DNA of 62,147 bases, the filler included, from Fonticula-like sp. SCN 57-25 (taxonomy: Eukaryota), in the NCBI GenBank assembly GCA_001724245.1. It is 6 parts of 6 records of this genome, joined end to end, with 100 filler letters (N's around TTAATTAATTAA, not from the genome) between each part and the next. Parts side by side here need not be neighbours in the genome. Positions count along the whole stretch, not along the records: positions 32,274 to 42,189 come from MEDX01000243.1; positions 42,290 to 52,177 come from MEDX01000244.1; 4 more parts are not named here. The stretch is one strand, 5' to 3'. Positions 35,513 through 48,200 of this stretch are shown here, one piece after another (the stretch's first letter is position 1; the number at the start of each line of letters is the position of its first letter). The notes below the pieces were generated by a model, which ran no database searches, was not told the DNA's origin, and saw only the letters and a list, made by a program, of their open reading frames with translations. The translations under genes and the position numbers were made by a program.

Positions 35513-38232
35513 CTACACGGCCGACTCGACGGCTGCCGCGTTTCGAATACTTGCCTGCGCCCATTCCGACACGTACGAGAAGCCGACAAAGTCCTCCTGG
35601 TCGGCGTCCGTGAGCACGCTGTCGACGGGCGTCAGCCGCGGCACTTCCCGCGTAAACTCTGAATCAAAGTTGTTTGTGTCGCGCGCGTTGGCGAGCACGG
35701 GCTTGTACGTGACTTCGACCTCGCGGCGCATGACGGCTTCAAAGTCGAGGCCGCGCCAAAAGGCGTGCTCCTTGATGTCCTTGGCGTCGCGGGGGCCGCC
35801 GCCGAGGCGCTTGGTGGGGTCACGATTCAAAAGCTGCAGAGGAAAAGAGAAGGGAAAAAAGGGAAAAAAGAGGCAAAAAAGAAGGAAAAAAAGCACAAAT
35901 GACCCAAAAAAACAGCAAAAATGACACAAAAAAGAACAAAAACAACAAAAAAGTAACAAAAAAACACAATTTGCGTTAAAAACAATGCCAATTTCAATTT
36001 CATTTTCGTACGCGTTGAATGATATTCGCCGCCTCTGGACTGAGCTTTGCCGGATAATAAACATCCCCCTCCAAAATAGCCTCGAAAATCTCCTCCTCCT
36101 CCTCGCCCTTGAACGGCGACTGCGCCAGCAGCATCTCATACAGCAGCACGCCAAACGCCCACCAGTCCACCGCCCTCCCATAATCCCTTTCCAGCAGAAT
36201 TTCCGGCGCCATAAACTCTGGCGTCCCACAAAACGTGTTTGTGAGCTTGCCATACGGCATCTTTTCCTTGCACAGCCCGTAATCGGCAATCTTGATATGC
36301 CCGTCGAGGCCGAGCAGAATATTGTCGAGCTTCAAGTCGCGGTAAACAACGTCTTGCGAGTGCAGGTACTCGAGGGCGAGCAGCACTTCGGCGCCGTAGA
36401 GCTTTGCGCGCGCCTCTGAAAACACTTGCCGCTGGATGTGCAGCATGAGGTCGCCGCCGCTGACGTACTCCATGACGAAAAAGAGGCGGTCGCTCGACTG
36501 GAAGGAGCTGTGCAGCTTGACGAGGAAAGGGTGGCTGATGCGCGTCGCCTTTTCAAACACGCGCTTCTCGGCCTGTATGCTCTCGACTTCGTCGTTTTCA
36601 ATCACAAATTCCTTCTTGAGAACCTTGATGGCGTACAAATTGCGCGTCGCCTTTTCTTCCACGAGCATGACTTTGCCGAAATTGCCCTTTCCGAGCACCT
36701 TTAAAAGCACAAAGTCTTCGATGCGCGCGGTCGGCTTGGCCGGCGCGGCCTGCCGGCCCGACCCGAGCCGCACGCTGGAAAAGGCGCCGCTGCCGGTGAC
36801 GGCGCGCGACTGCTGGCGCGCAGTGCGCATCCGCTTGGTCTGCTCGTGGTGCAGCTTGGTGGCCATGTCGACAGACTTTGAAAAGCCGAGAAGGCGCACC
36901 ATCGTCATCGGCAAAAGCTTGGGTTTCTTGACGGCGCCGCGGCGGTAAATCTTGTCCTTGATGGCTTCCTGCGCAGTGAACGAGATCGTCGCGAGCAGCT
37001 CGCCGCGCGGTTCCAGCTCGAGCACCTGCTCTTCATTCGGCGGCATGGCGGGCAGGCGCGCGAGGTCGACAAAGTGGAGCGCGAAAAGCTCGGTGCGGTC
37101 GTAAATGACAATCTCAATGTCGCCCGCGTGCGCGAGGTCAATGTCAAATTCTTCGTTCCAGACGGGCGCGCTCGTCTTGCTCTTGACGCTCGTGCGCGCC
37201 GCGGTTTCGGCGTCCACTTTGATGACGCAGCGCGCTTCAAGTTTCTTGTGCGGCGGGCAAATGTTTCGCGCGCCGTTGATGCGGATGCGGAGGCGGCCAG
37301 TGACATTCAGGCGCTTCCAGTGCTTCTGATCATCCTTGGGGGAGAGGGAAAGCGAAGAGACGGAAGGCGAGGCCGAAGAGGTGGCCAGGCCGGGCGGAAC
37401 GACGAGCGAGGCAGAGGAAGAGGGCGCCGACTTGAGGTCCATGGGGGCGTGCTCGATGACGGGGACGCCGAGGCCGATCTGGTACTTTTGAAGGGCGATC
37501 TTGAGAAGGTTGATCTTTGTGTTGCTGTCGACGAGCTTGGTGAAAACGTCCGACATGGCCTTCTTGTCGACGAGGCCGTGGCCGTAGACCTTGGCGAGGT
37601 TCTCGGCGCCGCTCTTGACCTTGCTCTCAATGTTGATCTTTTCCTTGATCCACTCGATGCGCTCGGCCATCTTTTCCTTGGGCATCTTGGTTTCGGCAAT
37701 CATGTCGACAAGATCTGGAGAAAGTGAGGGTTTTGTGAGCGGCGATAAAAAGGAAAAAGGGGAAGACAAACCTGAAACAGAGTGCGAGCAGCCATGGCGC
37801 ATGATCGAGCGGCCATTAAGGGCGGCGATCTTTTCGCGAATAAGTTCAACGCGCTGACTCGACTCTTCAAGCTTCTTTGCTACGGGCGCCTGCAAAGATC
37901 GTTAGACACCAAATGAAAACCAAATAGAATGTGATAGAGAAACAAGCAACAAGAAAGACAACATGAAACGCGTCATGGCATGCAGCGCACCTTGTCACCC
38001 TTTTTCGAGATCTTTAAAAGATTCTCCGCTCCTGAGCGGATCGCCAATTCAAGAGCGAGCTTCTTCTCCAGATCCTCGAGCATCTCCGCCACCTTCTCCT
38101 CGCTCTGTGCACATTGTCAGCCCCTTCCTCAGAGATGCGATCGGCGAGCGCGCGCACCAGTGGCTCCGTCGTAATATGGACCTGGCCATTGAGCCTCACC
38201 TGGCTTCCGCGAGGCGAGTCTGCTCGCAGCAT
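35513..38232 (-). CDS. PKC1: Protein kinase C / PKN-type AGC kinase: HR1-HR1-C2-pseudosubstrate-kinase, no C1
   Basis: Two HR1 ([22 protein letters not shown]), C2 ([10 protein letters not shown]...PVWNEEF), [35 protein letters not shown], turn motif LTP and hydrophobic motif FVGFSY. Confidence 0.9.
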
Positions 38233-38674
38233 TTCCCGCGCACGCTCACACTACAAGAGAGCAACCAGCAGTCAAACAATGCGCGCTTCGGTGCGTGTGG
38301 ACCAATCACGCGATTCGGTATGTGGTTTGGCGCCGTTGACTTGGACCGGAAGGGCGACAAGTCAAACTGATGCTCGACGACACCAAAAAGCCAAACTGCC
38401 GAAAGAGTCGCTATACAATAGAGATGCCTCTCAACACGTCCCTTTCACCGCAGAACCTATTAGAACGCACTCTGTTAGACACCCGCCCGCCCATTCGCGA
38501 TGGCCGTACCCTTTCTCTGGGCGCCTTTGTTGTGACTCGCCCGCTCCACTAAACACGAGAATCGTTGTGGGTACCCCCCGAGACCGTTCGGGGGTGTACA
38601 AACCACCCACCCACGGTCAATGCATCCACGTGGCCGTCTATTGACTGCTGACACGACAGACCTGCGGCGGCGCC

Positions 38675-39225
38675 ATGTTTCGCACGGAATTGCGCAAGGA
38701 GCGGCAAAAGTTCTCCGCCGCGCACTTTATTCTGTTTGACGACGGCACCGTTGAGCGCCTTCACGGGCACAACTACTATGTTACGATAGATTTAAAGAGC
38801 AATTCCTTGACGAACGGGATGATGATCCCGTTCCACCTCGTCAAGGCCGAGGTCGATGCGCTGTGCCGCAAGTGGGACGAGTGCGTACTGATCCCGACGA
38901 CGGCGCCGGCCGTGACGCTGTCGGTGAGCGGGAAGCAGCAGAACGTGCGTGTTAAGACGAGCATCGTCGACAAGGAGTACTCGCTGCCGACCGAGGACTG
39001 CGTGCTCGTCGACTGCGACAATATTACATGCGAAAATCTGAGCAAAATGTTTGCTGAAAGGTGCGTAAAAAGACCATTTTTGTCGCTTTTTCGTGTTTAT
39101 TAATGTGAAATGGGCGCAGTTTATTGGAACGAATTAGGGCAAACGAGTGGACGAACCTGTGCGAGCTGAGCGTGGGCGTCATGGAGACGACCGGCCAAAA
39201 TGCGTCATACACAATTGCCCTTTAA
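38675..39225 (+). CDS. 6-pyruvoyl-tetrahydropterin synthase family protein, PTPS-III type
   Basis: FSAAHF, ERLHGHNY (Glu instead of the catalytic Cys), ITCENLS and V.ET; one intron. Confidence 0.85.
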
Positions 39226-39839
39226 AAAGCGCGATTATTTGACGTTTATTATGTATGTTATTATATCAAATGGACCTTGTCGCAGCATATTCGAATACAG
39301 TTCTTTGACTCGAGCTCAATTAATGAACAATTCCAAAGAGGATTCACAATGAAAATGTGGCTAATTGTCCAATTTCTCGTGCTATTAGGATCTGCTTTAG
39401 CATATGTATCAATGCTGTATTGCATTTTTCTTCCACCGCCTTGCAGCCCCGCAAAAAGATTTTTTTGTATTTATTTCATTTGACATTACCAGTCATACTC
39501 AAATGAAACCTACCTGATAGATGAAGTTGACTAAATACGAAAAAATCTCAAAAATGCCGATAAGCAAAAAGAAAACAAAGATTATATAGAAACATCTATA
39601 AAATACCATATTCTCTTATGTAAATTACAGTATCGTTATTAAAATAGTGCTAGAAATGAAATAAACGCAAAATAAAATATTTGACTAATGAGATTGATGA
39701 TCGATCGAATTCCACCAATCATCGACGACCATGGACATCTTGCATAACGACTCTCTTGTGTTTCTCCTGCATAACATAAAACAACATCTTTTTTGACGCT
39801 TTTCTTTTCATACATTGTTATTGATAGTCTAATATGATA

Positions 39840-41696
39840 CTACAACGCCTGCATCGCCACTTCCTGCAGACAATTCTGCGCGACATCCTCGATCGCGCTA
39901 AACTCTGCCGGCACAAACTGCGGCCTGAGCACGCCGACGCCCGGCTGCGTCGCCGGCGCCCCGCCCGCGCCGCCCCCGACCGCGGCGGCCGCCATGAGCC
40001 CCGCGCTCGCATTTCCCTGCATGATCGACCCGCCGTTGCCGCCGATCGACCCGATCGCCCCCGCGGCAGATGCAAAGACAGTCTCCTGATCAAAAACGCG
40101 CCGCCCGAGGACCGGACCGTGCGCGTCGCGGAGCAGGACGAGGTCGGCGTCGGAGGAAGAAAAGAGCTCGTGGTGAGCGCGCGCGCTGTAGCGGAAGCGC
40201 GGGTCGGCGTCGCCGGCGGTCGCGTCGACGCCAGAGCCGGAGAGGCGAAGGTGGGAGCGGTCGTAGGTGACATACTGGAAGGGGAGAGGGGCGTGCACCG
40301 TGTTCTAATCGGGACAGTTAGTTATGATAAAGTCCAAATGGTGCACAAATTGAGAACAAATGGAGCACAAATGGTACAGAAAAGCAGTAAAAAGAGGTAA
40401 AAATGTCAGCACAAAGAGCAAAAATCAGCACAAAATTATGCAAAATGACACACAAATCAAACGTTAAGGCATTTCCAGCACAATTTCAGGTCAATTAACG
40501 CGCATTTTCACGTCATTTCCAGCACATTATCAACAAAACCCCCAACGATTTTAAGTCATATTACAATACACTATCCTCCCATATGTTCTTTTGCGCACCT
40601 CTGCAAGCCATAGTGTCCTGGCCAGCTTTGCCTCCAATGTCGCGAGCTTGTTCGCCACGAGCGTCCTCGTCACATTAATGTGCCTCTCGCTGTACACGGC
40701 GGCGTAATTCATGAGCACCGTGAGCGTCATCCTTCCAATAGCGAGGTGATAAAGCCCCACAAACTCGCCTCCCTTTTGCCCCTCCTCGTCGGCGTGGTAC
40801 TTGACCTGCTCCTCGGCATCCGGACCGACCTCCGCGACGGGCGGCCGACCCTGCCTCAGCGCCGCGAGCGTCTCGCCGTCCACAAAAACTGTAATAATTT
40901 CGCTCTCGTAGTCGACGCCCGCGCCGGGCGTGACCGGCATCGACGACATGGATGACATGGTCAGGTTGCTGCCGGGTGCCAGCATCGATGTCGGCGTCAC
41001 GGGCGGCGGCGGGACGCGCTTGAATCGGCTCTCGACGCGCGTCACAATATGCGAGGAGAGGCGCTCGTCGAGGTGCGTGCAGAGAACAGAGTCGTCAAAC
41101 ATGATGATGCCGCCGAGATTGTCATTCTCACTCAGCAGGGATGTGAGGATGTCGCTCGCGAGGATGAAGAAGCGATTGCACTGCGGGGGGAGTGGCGTGC
41201 GCGGGACGCTCTCAAAGGCGCCGCCGTAAGGGCAGAGGCGGCGAATGTAGGGGATAAGCTCGACGCAGTGATCCCGCATCAGGCCGACAAAGGCGTCGTC
41301 ATCGCGCTTGACGCTCTCGAGAAGCGTTTTAAAGGAGCCGAAAAGGAAGCAAAAGGCGCTGTAAATCATGTCCAAATCAGAGCAAAGTGAAGAGTCGTTC
41401 TGCGAAATAAGACCAGTAAGGACCATTACCCACTGGCCAACCTTGCGCATAGCAAACTTGTCGCGCTCCAGCTCAAATACACGCGGCGGCGACGATGTAA
41501 AGTTGGACAAGTACTCCTCCATGGCAGAGCAGATGCCAGCAAGATAACTTTGTGTCTGCTGAGATGTGTCGGCGGGATGAATAAAGACAATCATCTTGTC
41601 CGGAGGGTCCGCCTCTGTCTTGCAGAGGTCGCGATCATACACGAAAAAGGTCCGCTTCAGCGAGATATAGCTCGCGGGATCGCGGCGGTCATCCAT
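39840..41696 (-). CDS. HPS4: HPS4-like longin-domain protein (BLOC-3 / CCZ1-INTU-HPS4 family)
   Basis: FFVYD...EADP...FIHP...LAG...SSPPRVFEL...KFA longin N-terminus, VLCTHL, and C-terminal LRDAHGPVLGRRVFDQETVF; the exact last exon is uncertain. Confidence 0.75.
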
Positions 41697-42189
41697 CTTG
41701 AACTGTTTGGTTATGGGCGACCAATCAGATTCATGTATCGTTGAAATTGGCCAATAGGAAGGGAGGAGGGAACAGTCGATAGAGGTGATGTCGCGGGAAA
41801 GCGTTTTCTTGAACTTATAACATCAGAGTAACGATAGTATTGAATGAAATATACGATGGGCAGTGTATGCTCTACATTAATATGCTTGAATGATCTTCCT
41901 GTCATCAGATGAACATTGCTGATGCTCGTCATGGATCCAAGGTGCTTGCAACCTCATGCACCTTTCGCACTATTGCATAGCAACAATTTAACAATACTAC
42001 ACAGTACACCTACGTTCAATTAAGGCCTATGATATCTTTTTTCTCTCACGTTTTCATGTCGGTTTCCGCAGAATAGCGCCTCATTGCAGCCAAGGTGCGC
42101 GCACGTATGATTGGACTATGATTGGACCTGAAATCCAAAGTGAACAACAGATCTTGATCACTTTGCTCCTTTCTTCGCCATGCCTCACA

Positions 42190-42289
42190 NNNNNNNNNNN
42201 NNNNNNNNNNNNNNNNNNNNNNNNNNNNNNNNNTTAATTAATTAANNNNNNNNNNNNNNNNNNNNNNNNNNNNNNNNNNNNNNNNNNNN
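42190..42289. other. Artificial contig spacer
   Basis: N44-TTAATTAATTAA-N44. Confidence 0.99.
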
Positions 42290-43819
42290 CCCGCTGCTGG
42301 CGCTGCTCCTGCCTTTGGTGCTGCTGCTCCCGCTGCTGGCGCTGCTCCTGCCTTTGGTGCTGCTGCTCCTGCTGCCGGTGCTGCTCCTGCCTTTGGCGCT
42401 GCTGCGCCCGCTACGGGTACCGCTGCTCCTGCTGCAGGCGGATTTTCTCTTGGCGGTGCTGCGCAGCCATCCACAGCTAAACCTGCCGGCACCGCTGCCC
42501 CTACTTTTGGCGCTGCTCCTGCTGCTGGTGCTGCTGCCCCTGCCTTTGGTGCTGCTCCCGCTGCCGGCATCGCTGCCCCTGCCGCTGGCGCTACGCCTGC
42601 ATTCGGTGCTGCACCGGCCGCAGGTACTGCCGCTCCTGCCGCCGCTCCTGCTGCAGGAGGATTTGGTTTCGGTGCTGCTCCTGCTGCCAACCCCACTGCT
42701 GCTCCCGCTGCTGGGGCCGCGCCTGCGTTCGGTACCGCACCTGCTGCTGGCGCTACCGCAAAGCCTGCCTTTGGCGATGCTGCCGCCACACCCGCCGCAG
42801 CGCCCGCTTTCGGCGCCACACCTGCTGCCGGCGCCGCTGCCACGCCGGCGTTTGGCGCACCCGCTGCTGCCGCTGCCCCGGCGCAGGGGGCCAAGCCGCC
42901 GGCGACGCCGGCCTTTGGTGCCGCGCCCGCTGCTGCCACCGCTGCCCCCGCCGCTGCCAAGCCGGGAGACTCGTACGCTCTCTCGCTTTTAAATTTTACA
43001 CCTTCTAAATGACGCTATAGGCCGCTGATGCTGAGCGACCTCAATAAGACGCCCGCGGCTGCTGCCGCCGGCGCCACCCCGGCGACTGCGGCGCCTGCCA
43101 CGACTGCCCCCGCGCCGTCGTACGAGATCCAGAACAAGGCGATTGAGGAGCTTGTGTCGCAGTGGTCGAGCGAGATCGACGAGCTTGTGCGCCTGTTCCG
43201 GAAGCAGGCCAAGGAGATTACGCAGACGGACATGAAGGTGTTGGAGAACGGCGAGCGCATCACAGAACTGTTCACCGAGGTGGAGCAGACGAGGCGCGAG
43301 CAGCAGGAGGTGGAGAGCCACCTCGAGTATATCAACGCACAGCAGACTGAACTGCACAAGACGCTCCAGGCGCTCGAAAACGAACTTGCGACCGTCATTT
43401 CGCAGACGCAGCACGGAGCAGCCGACGACCAGCGGCAGAAATAGTGCGATCCCGAACGATTGTAGCTAGTACTCACGCGTCCCGCAGCATGACCGCCGCC
43501 GAGCAGCTCAACAGCAAGCTCGACACGATGTCGCGCCGGCTGGACAAGCTCGGCGACAACGTCTCGTCGCTCGGGGCATCGCCCAGCGAGCAGCGGACAT
43601 CGGTGCGCTCTTTTTACAGTTATTTCGGATTACTGACAAGGCTGTGGCCCAATGTAGCTGGGTCGCGTGGTGGACATTCTCAACATGCACGTCCACATGT
43701 TCCAGTGGCTGGACCAGAGCAAGACGGAGCTGCAGAATCGCATTTCCGAGCTTGAGCGGAAGCGCAGGGCGGCGCAGGCGGACCAGGAGCGGCTCCATAG
43801 ATCCTTCTCTTACGCCTAG
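42290..43819 (+). CDS. NUP62: Nucleoporin Nup62/Nsp1 (FG repeats + coiled coil), 5' truncated
   Basis: Many (A/T)PAFG repeats, then NKAIEELVSQWS...FRKQAKEI...D...LENGERI and VVDILNMH...QWLD. Confidence 0.9.
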
Positions 43820-44026
43820 TGGTGGCCTTTTTCTTTGCATATATAGTGTGAAACGTTGAAGAATAGCGAAAAAATAGTGTTATTGGCATTGAGAACGCGA
43901 TACATTCCACTTGGAGTTCACACCCCTCGGCGGGTAAAAATAACTAGTAACTAACATGGGCGAAACATAATTATAATGTGGGAGGATATAAAGACAATTT
44001 TTGGACCCGCGCTCGCTTCCAGCCGC

Positions 44027-44911
44027 CTACTCGTACTTGTTGACGAGGTCGGTCGAGAGGAAGCGGTACGCGATCGTGGCCATGTAGCGGAACCAGTAAA
44101 GGTTGATCAGGAGCATAAAGGCGGAAAGGACGACGCACGCCGCGCCCTCGGCGGGCGAGTGCGCCCACAGCGCGTCGTTGGCCCAGAAGGTTGCGTGCAG
44201 GACGCTGCCAAAGATCCACGTGTTGAGCAGCACGCGGCACACGAAAAAGACGAGGATAAAGACGGCGATCGTGCCGACATAGGCGACGGCGCTCTTGGAA
44301 ACGCCAAGGTCGGAGAGGGTATAGCGCAGGTTGAGCAGCGGCGTGCTCAGCTCGTTGATGAGGTAGTAGGCGCTAAGGCAGTGGTACATGCCGGCGCGCA
44401 GCGGCATTGAGACGGTCGCCAGCACGAGCACGTGGTGAAACAGCAGTTCCCACGGGCGCGTCTGCTCAAGCGGCACAAGGCCCATGTCGCGGCGGTCCTC
44501 GGAGACACTCTGCTTGGAGGGGGTGTCGGGAACGCCCCAGTAGAACATCATGAGCACAAGATCAAAGAGCGAGTAGCCGGCAAAGACGGCCAGAAAGTGC
44601 TGCGCTGAAGGAGTCGACGAGTAGAATGGCGACGAACGGAGCTGCTCACTGTCCACGTCATAATAGAGCGAGTAGATGCCGCCATATGTCACATATAGAG
44701 AGTGAAGCGTCGACACCATGCGGCTGTTCCAGAGGAACTGCCGATGGCGCGACAGCCGATCACCGTACACACCGGGCAAGAGGAACGCCGAAATGATCGC
44801 TGAAAGACGATACACAAAGGCAAAGAATACCGTCGACTGAACAACCATCCATACCACGCTAGAAGGCTGTAGCTCGACCGCGCCGCCGAGCCACGGAGGA
44901 AGCACCGCCAT
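44027..44911 (-). CDS. TLC-domain (TMEM56/TLCD-like) membrane protein
   Basis: WNSRMVSTLH, GYSLFDL, HH, ELSTPLLNLRY, FFVCR and INLYWF; single exon. Confidence 0.88.
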   Translation of the reverse strand: MAVLPPWLGGAVELQPSSVVWMVVQSTVFFAFVYRLSAIISAFLLPGVYGDRLSRHRQFLWNSRMVSTLHSLYVTYGGIYSLYYDVDSEQLRSSPFYSSTPSAQHFLAVFAGYSLFDLVLMMFYWGVPDTPSKQSVSEDRRDMGLVPLEQTRPWELLFHHVLVLATVSMPLRAGMYHCLSAYYLINELSTPLLNLRYTLSDLGVSKSAVAYVGTIAVFILVFFVCRVLLNTWIFGSVLHATFWANDALWAHSPAEGAACVVLSAFMLLINLYWFRYMATIAYRFLSTDLVNKYE

Positions 44912-45226
44912 TGCCGTCACGCAGCCGCTGTGCTTCCGCACCTCTCACCTGACGTCATACCGATTCCCGGACAGCCAATCATAACGCGACATTCCCAAAA
45001 TCAACCAATCAACGGCGGGCGGCGAATTCGCGGGTGGGCCACGGGTGATAAGGACGCTGGGGATAAAGCATTCATTGATAAAGCTATTTATTTGAATGGT
45101 GACAAACAAAAACGAATAAAACATACGACAGAGGAGGCACCGCAGGCCGGCTAATTAGGCAGCGTGCGCGTAACCCGCCTCCCTAGGGAGAACTTTTGTA
45201 GGATATTTAGTAGTTTGCCGACCGCC

Positions 45227-48200
45227 TCAGTGCGCCTCGTAGACCTGCGCCTCCTGCGCCTCAACCGCGTACGTCTTTTCGTACGCCGCGGCCTCATCGA
45301 GGGGAATATCGTACGACTCCATCGGTGAGAGGTGCTGGCCCATTGTGCGCCTGGCCTCGGCGCGCTTCTGCCACCACAGGTAGCCGACGATGCCAAAGAG
45401 GAGCGCAAAGAGGGTGACAAAGACGACGGCGGCTGTCCCGCCCTGCGTGAGCACATGGTTATCGACGCGGTAGACACAGTTGGGGCCAGTGATCACCATT
45501 GTCTGGTCGTAGCAGTCGACGCACGAGTCCGCCTCAAAGCAGAGCGAGCAGCCGGTGCCGCACGCGTGGCACGAGTCGCCGTCCTCATAGTACGCGTCCG
45601 AGCAGTACTCGACGCACGAGCCCACCTCAAAGAGCAGCGTGCCGCGGCACGTCAGGCAGTTGAGCGCATTGTCCTCACACGTGGCGCATGTGTCGTCGCA
45701 GTCCCGGCAAAAGCCGTTGCTGTTGTACGTGCCGTCGGGGCATGTCGTAAAGCACGCGTGCTCGAGGTACGAGGCGTTGGGGGGACACGTCGTGCAGCCC
45801 TGCGGGCCCTCGTGGTTGCAGGTCGCGCATGAGGCGTCGCACACAAGGCAGTTGGAGCCCGACACGTACGTCGACCGCGGGCACGCGTACACGCACTGCG
45901 TGCCCCACAGGAACATGGCAGCTGGGCACGACAGGCAGCTGTCGGCGCCTGCACCGTTGCACGTGCCGCACGACGGGTTGCACAGCAGGCAAGAGGTATC
46001 ATTGGCAAAGGAGCCGGCGGGGCACGCCGCAAGGCAGCTGCCGTCAAACAGAAGCAAAGGCGCCGCGCACGACGTGCAGTCATCCTCCTCGTCACCGTCG
46101 CACGTTGCGCACGACGACGAGCAAACGGCGCACGTCCCATCGCCCGCATTGTACGTGCCGGCCGGGCACGCAGCGTAGCAAGTCGAGTTGAACAGGAGCA
46201 GCGACGGGGCGCACGTCAGGCACTGGTCCGCAGCGCCACCCGCGCAGGTGCCGCACGTCGACGCGCACGAACTGCACGCATCCGCCGAGCTCTGGTACGA
46301 GCCGGGCGGGCACGCGTCAAAGCAGGTGCCCTGGTAGAGCTTGTCTGATGCGTTGCACGAGAGGCAGCCGGCCGGGCCGGCGGCGCCGCACGACGCGCAG
46401 GATGAGTGGCAGTCGAGGCACACGCGCTCGGGGTCAGAAAACATGTGCTCCGGACACGTGTCGACGCACATGGAGAGGTGCAGCGACGAGGAAGGCGGGC
46501 ACGACGTGCACGTAAACTCGTCCGAGCAGGTCGCGCAGGTCGCGTCGCACGTCGTGCAGCGACGGCCGTCGGCAAACATTCCCGACGGGCAGGCCGACAT
46601 GCACGTACTGTTGAACAGGAGCGGCGACGAGGGCTGGCACGTTGTGCAGGTGGTCGCGCTGCCAATGCAAGACGAGCACGGCGACGTGCACGGCACGCAC
46701 GAGCCGGTCGGCGCCAGGAACGACGTCTGGGGGCACGAGAGGCAGCTCTGCTCCTCGCCCGACGAGCACGAGGCGCAGCTCGAATGGCACGACGCGCAGC
46801 GGCCGTCGATGGCAAAGGTGCCGGCGGGGCACGAGGCGACGCAGGCTCCATTCAAGAGCAGCGAGCCGGGCAAGCACGCCACGCACGAGGCAGACGCCGC
46901 CGAAGAGCACGACGCGCAGTTGGCGTCGGCGCACGCAGAGCAGGAGCCGTCGCCGACCTCAAAGTGCCCAACAGCGCACGAAGTGCAGTCGGTGGCGGCG
47001 CCGCCAGTGCACGACGCGCACGAATCCTGGCACGCCGTGCACTGCGAGCCGTCGGCAAACGTCCCCGAAGGACACGAGCGGCGGTACCACGTCATCGACC
47101 CGAGGCCGCCGGGCGCGCCAACCGCCAGGAAAGCGTTGCTCACAGCGACGCCGCTGCCCATGTGCGACGCAGCGCTGCCCGCCTGCTCAAAGACCTGCGC
47201 GTAACCGGACGTCGTCGTCGTGAACGCGTAGGCAGCGCCGTTGTTGCTCGCGCTGTTGGGCGCACCGGCCACAATAAGGTAGTCGGAGCTCATGCGCACG
47301 GGCGTGCCAAAGTGATCGCCCGCAACGAGGCCCGGGACGGTAATCTTAAAGGCAATCGCGCACGTCGGCGTGCAGTCAAAGACGTACACCGCGTCCGTGG
47401 TCGCGCTCGAGGTCGCCTGCGAGCCGACCGCCACGCGGTTCCCAACGACAGCGATGTTATCGTCAGCGCCAAAGCGGGCCGTCGCAGTCGTGTCGGGTGT
47501 GGCAAAGGTCATGGATGAAACGAGCTGGCAGCCGCCGGTCTCGCTCCACGAGTAGAGGTAAGCCAGACCCTGCTGAAGCGAGCCGATAGCAGCGTGACGG
47601 CTTGATGCATCCAGCGAAAGAGACAAACCAAAGACAGAGTTGGGCGTCGGGTTGGCAATTTGGCAAATTGTCTCGCAACCAAGCGAAGCCTGCTGCAGCG
47701 GGCAGCGAGCTAGGACGACCACGCCGCGCTTGCCGCTGCCGCCCGCCACGTTCGGAAGGCTGTACGATACATAGCTACCCGAAACCGCGACCGTACGGCC
47801 AAGATGAATATCACCCGCAGGGTTCACCGCAGTTCCGCTAAAGAGTTCGCGCTGCGTACACGCGACGGTGGCGTTGCCTAGGCACTCGTACAGGATGGCC
47901 GCGCCGACGGCGGGGGCGGGGGCGCTGCCGCGAGGCGCGCCGACCAGGAGCAATGAACCATCAAACGAAACGGATGTTCCGAAATTCACCGAGTTAACAG
48001 GCGCAGTAATCGTCGTAGCAAGCGAGCACGTTGACAAACCGCATGAATACACAAAGACGGCGCCGGCACCGCTCGCATAACCCGGCGCGCCCACCGCCAC
48101 CAGCGATCCCGACATCGCCACACTCGTTCCCAACTCGGAGCCACTCGCACCGCTCAGCGTCGCCGTGCCATACGTCGCAAGAGAGCCTGTATAGGCCCCA

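Noticed and set aside
35836-36012. Extreme A-rich tract inside PKC, giving a Phe-rich ORF segment
   Set aside because: It is a U-rich intron on the minus strand, not coding sequence or a retro-element tail.
40302-40598. Long HPS4 intron with repeated TGTGCT(GGAAATG) motifs
   Set aside because: Low-complexity degenerate repeats; no guide boxes or stable hairpin recognised.
42180-42189. ATG at the end of contig 4 possibly being the Nup62 start
   Set aside because: Only 10 nt precede an artificial spacer, so continuity cannot be supported.
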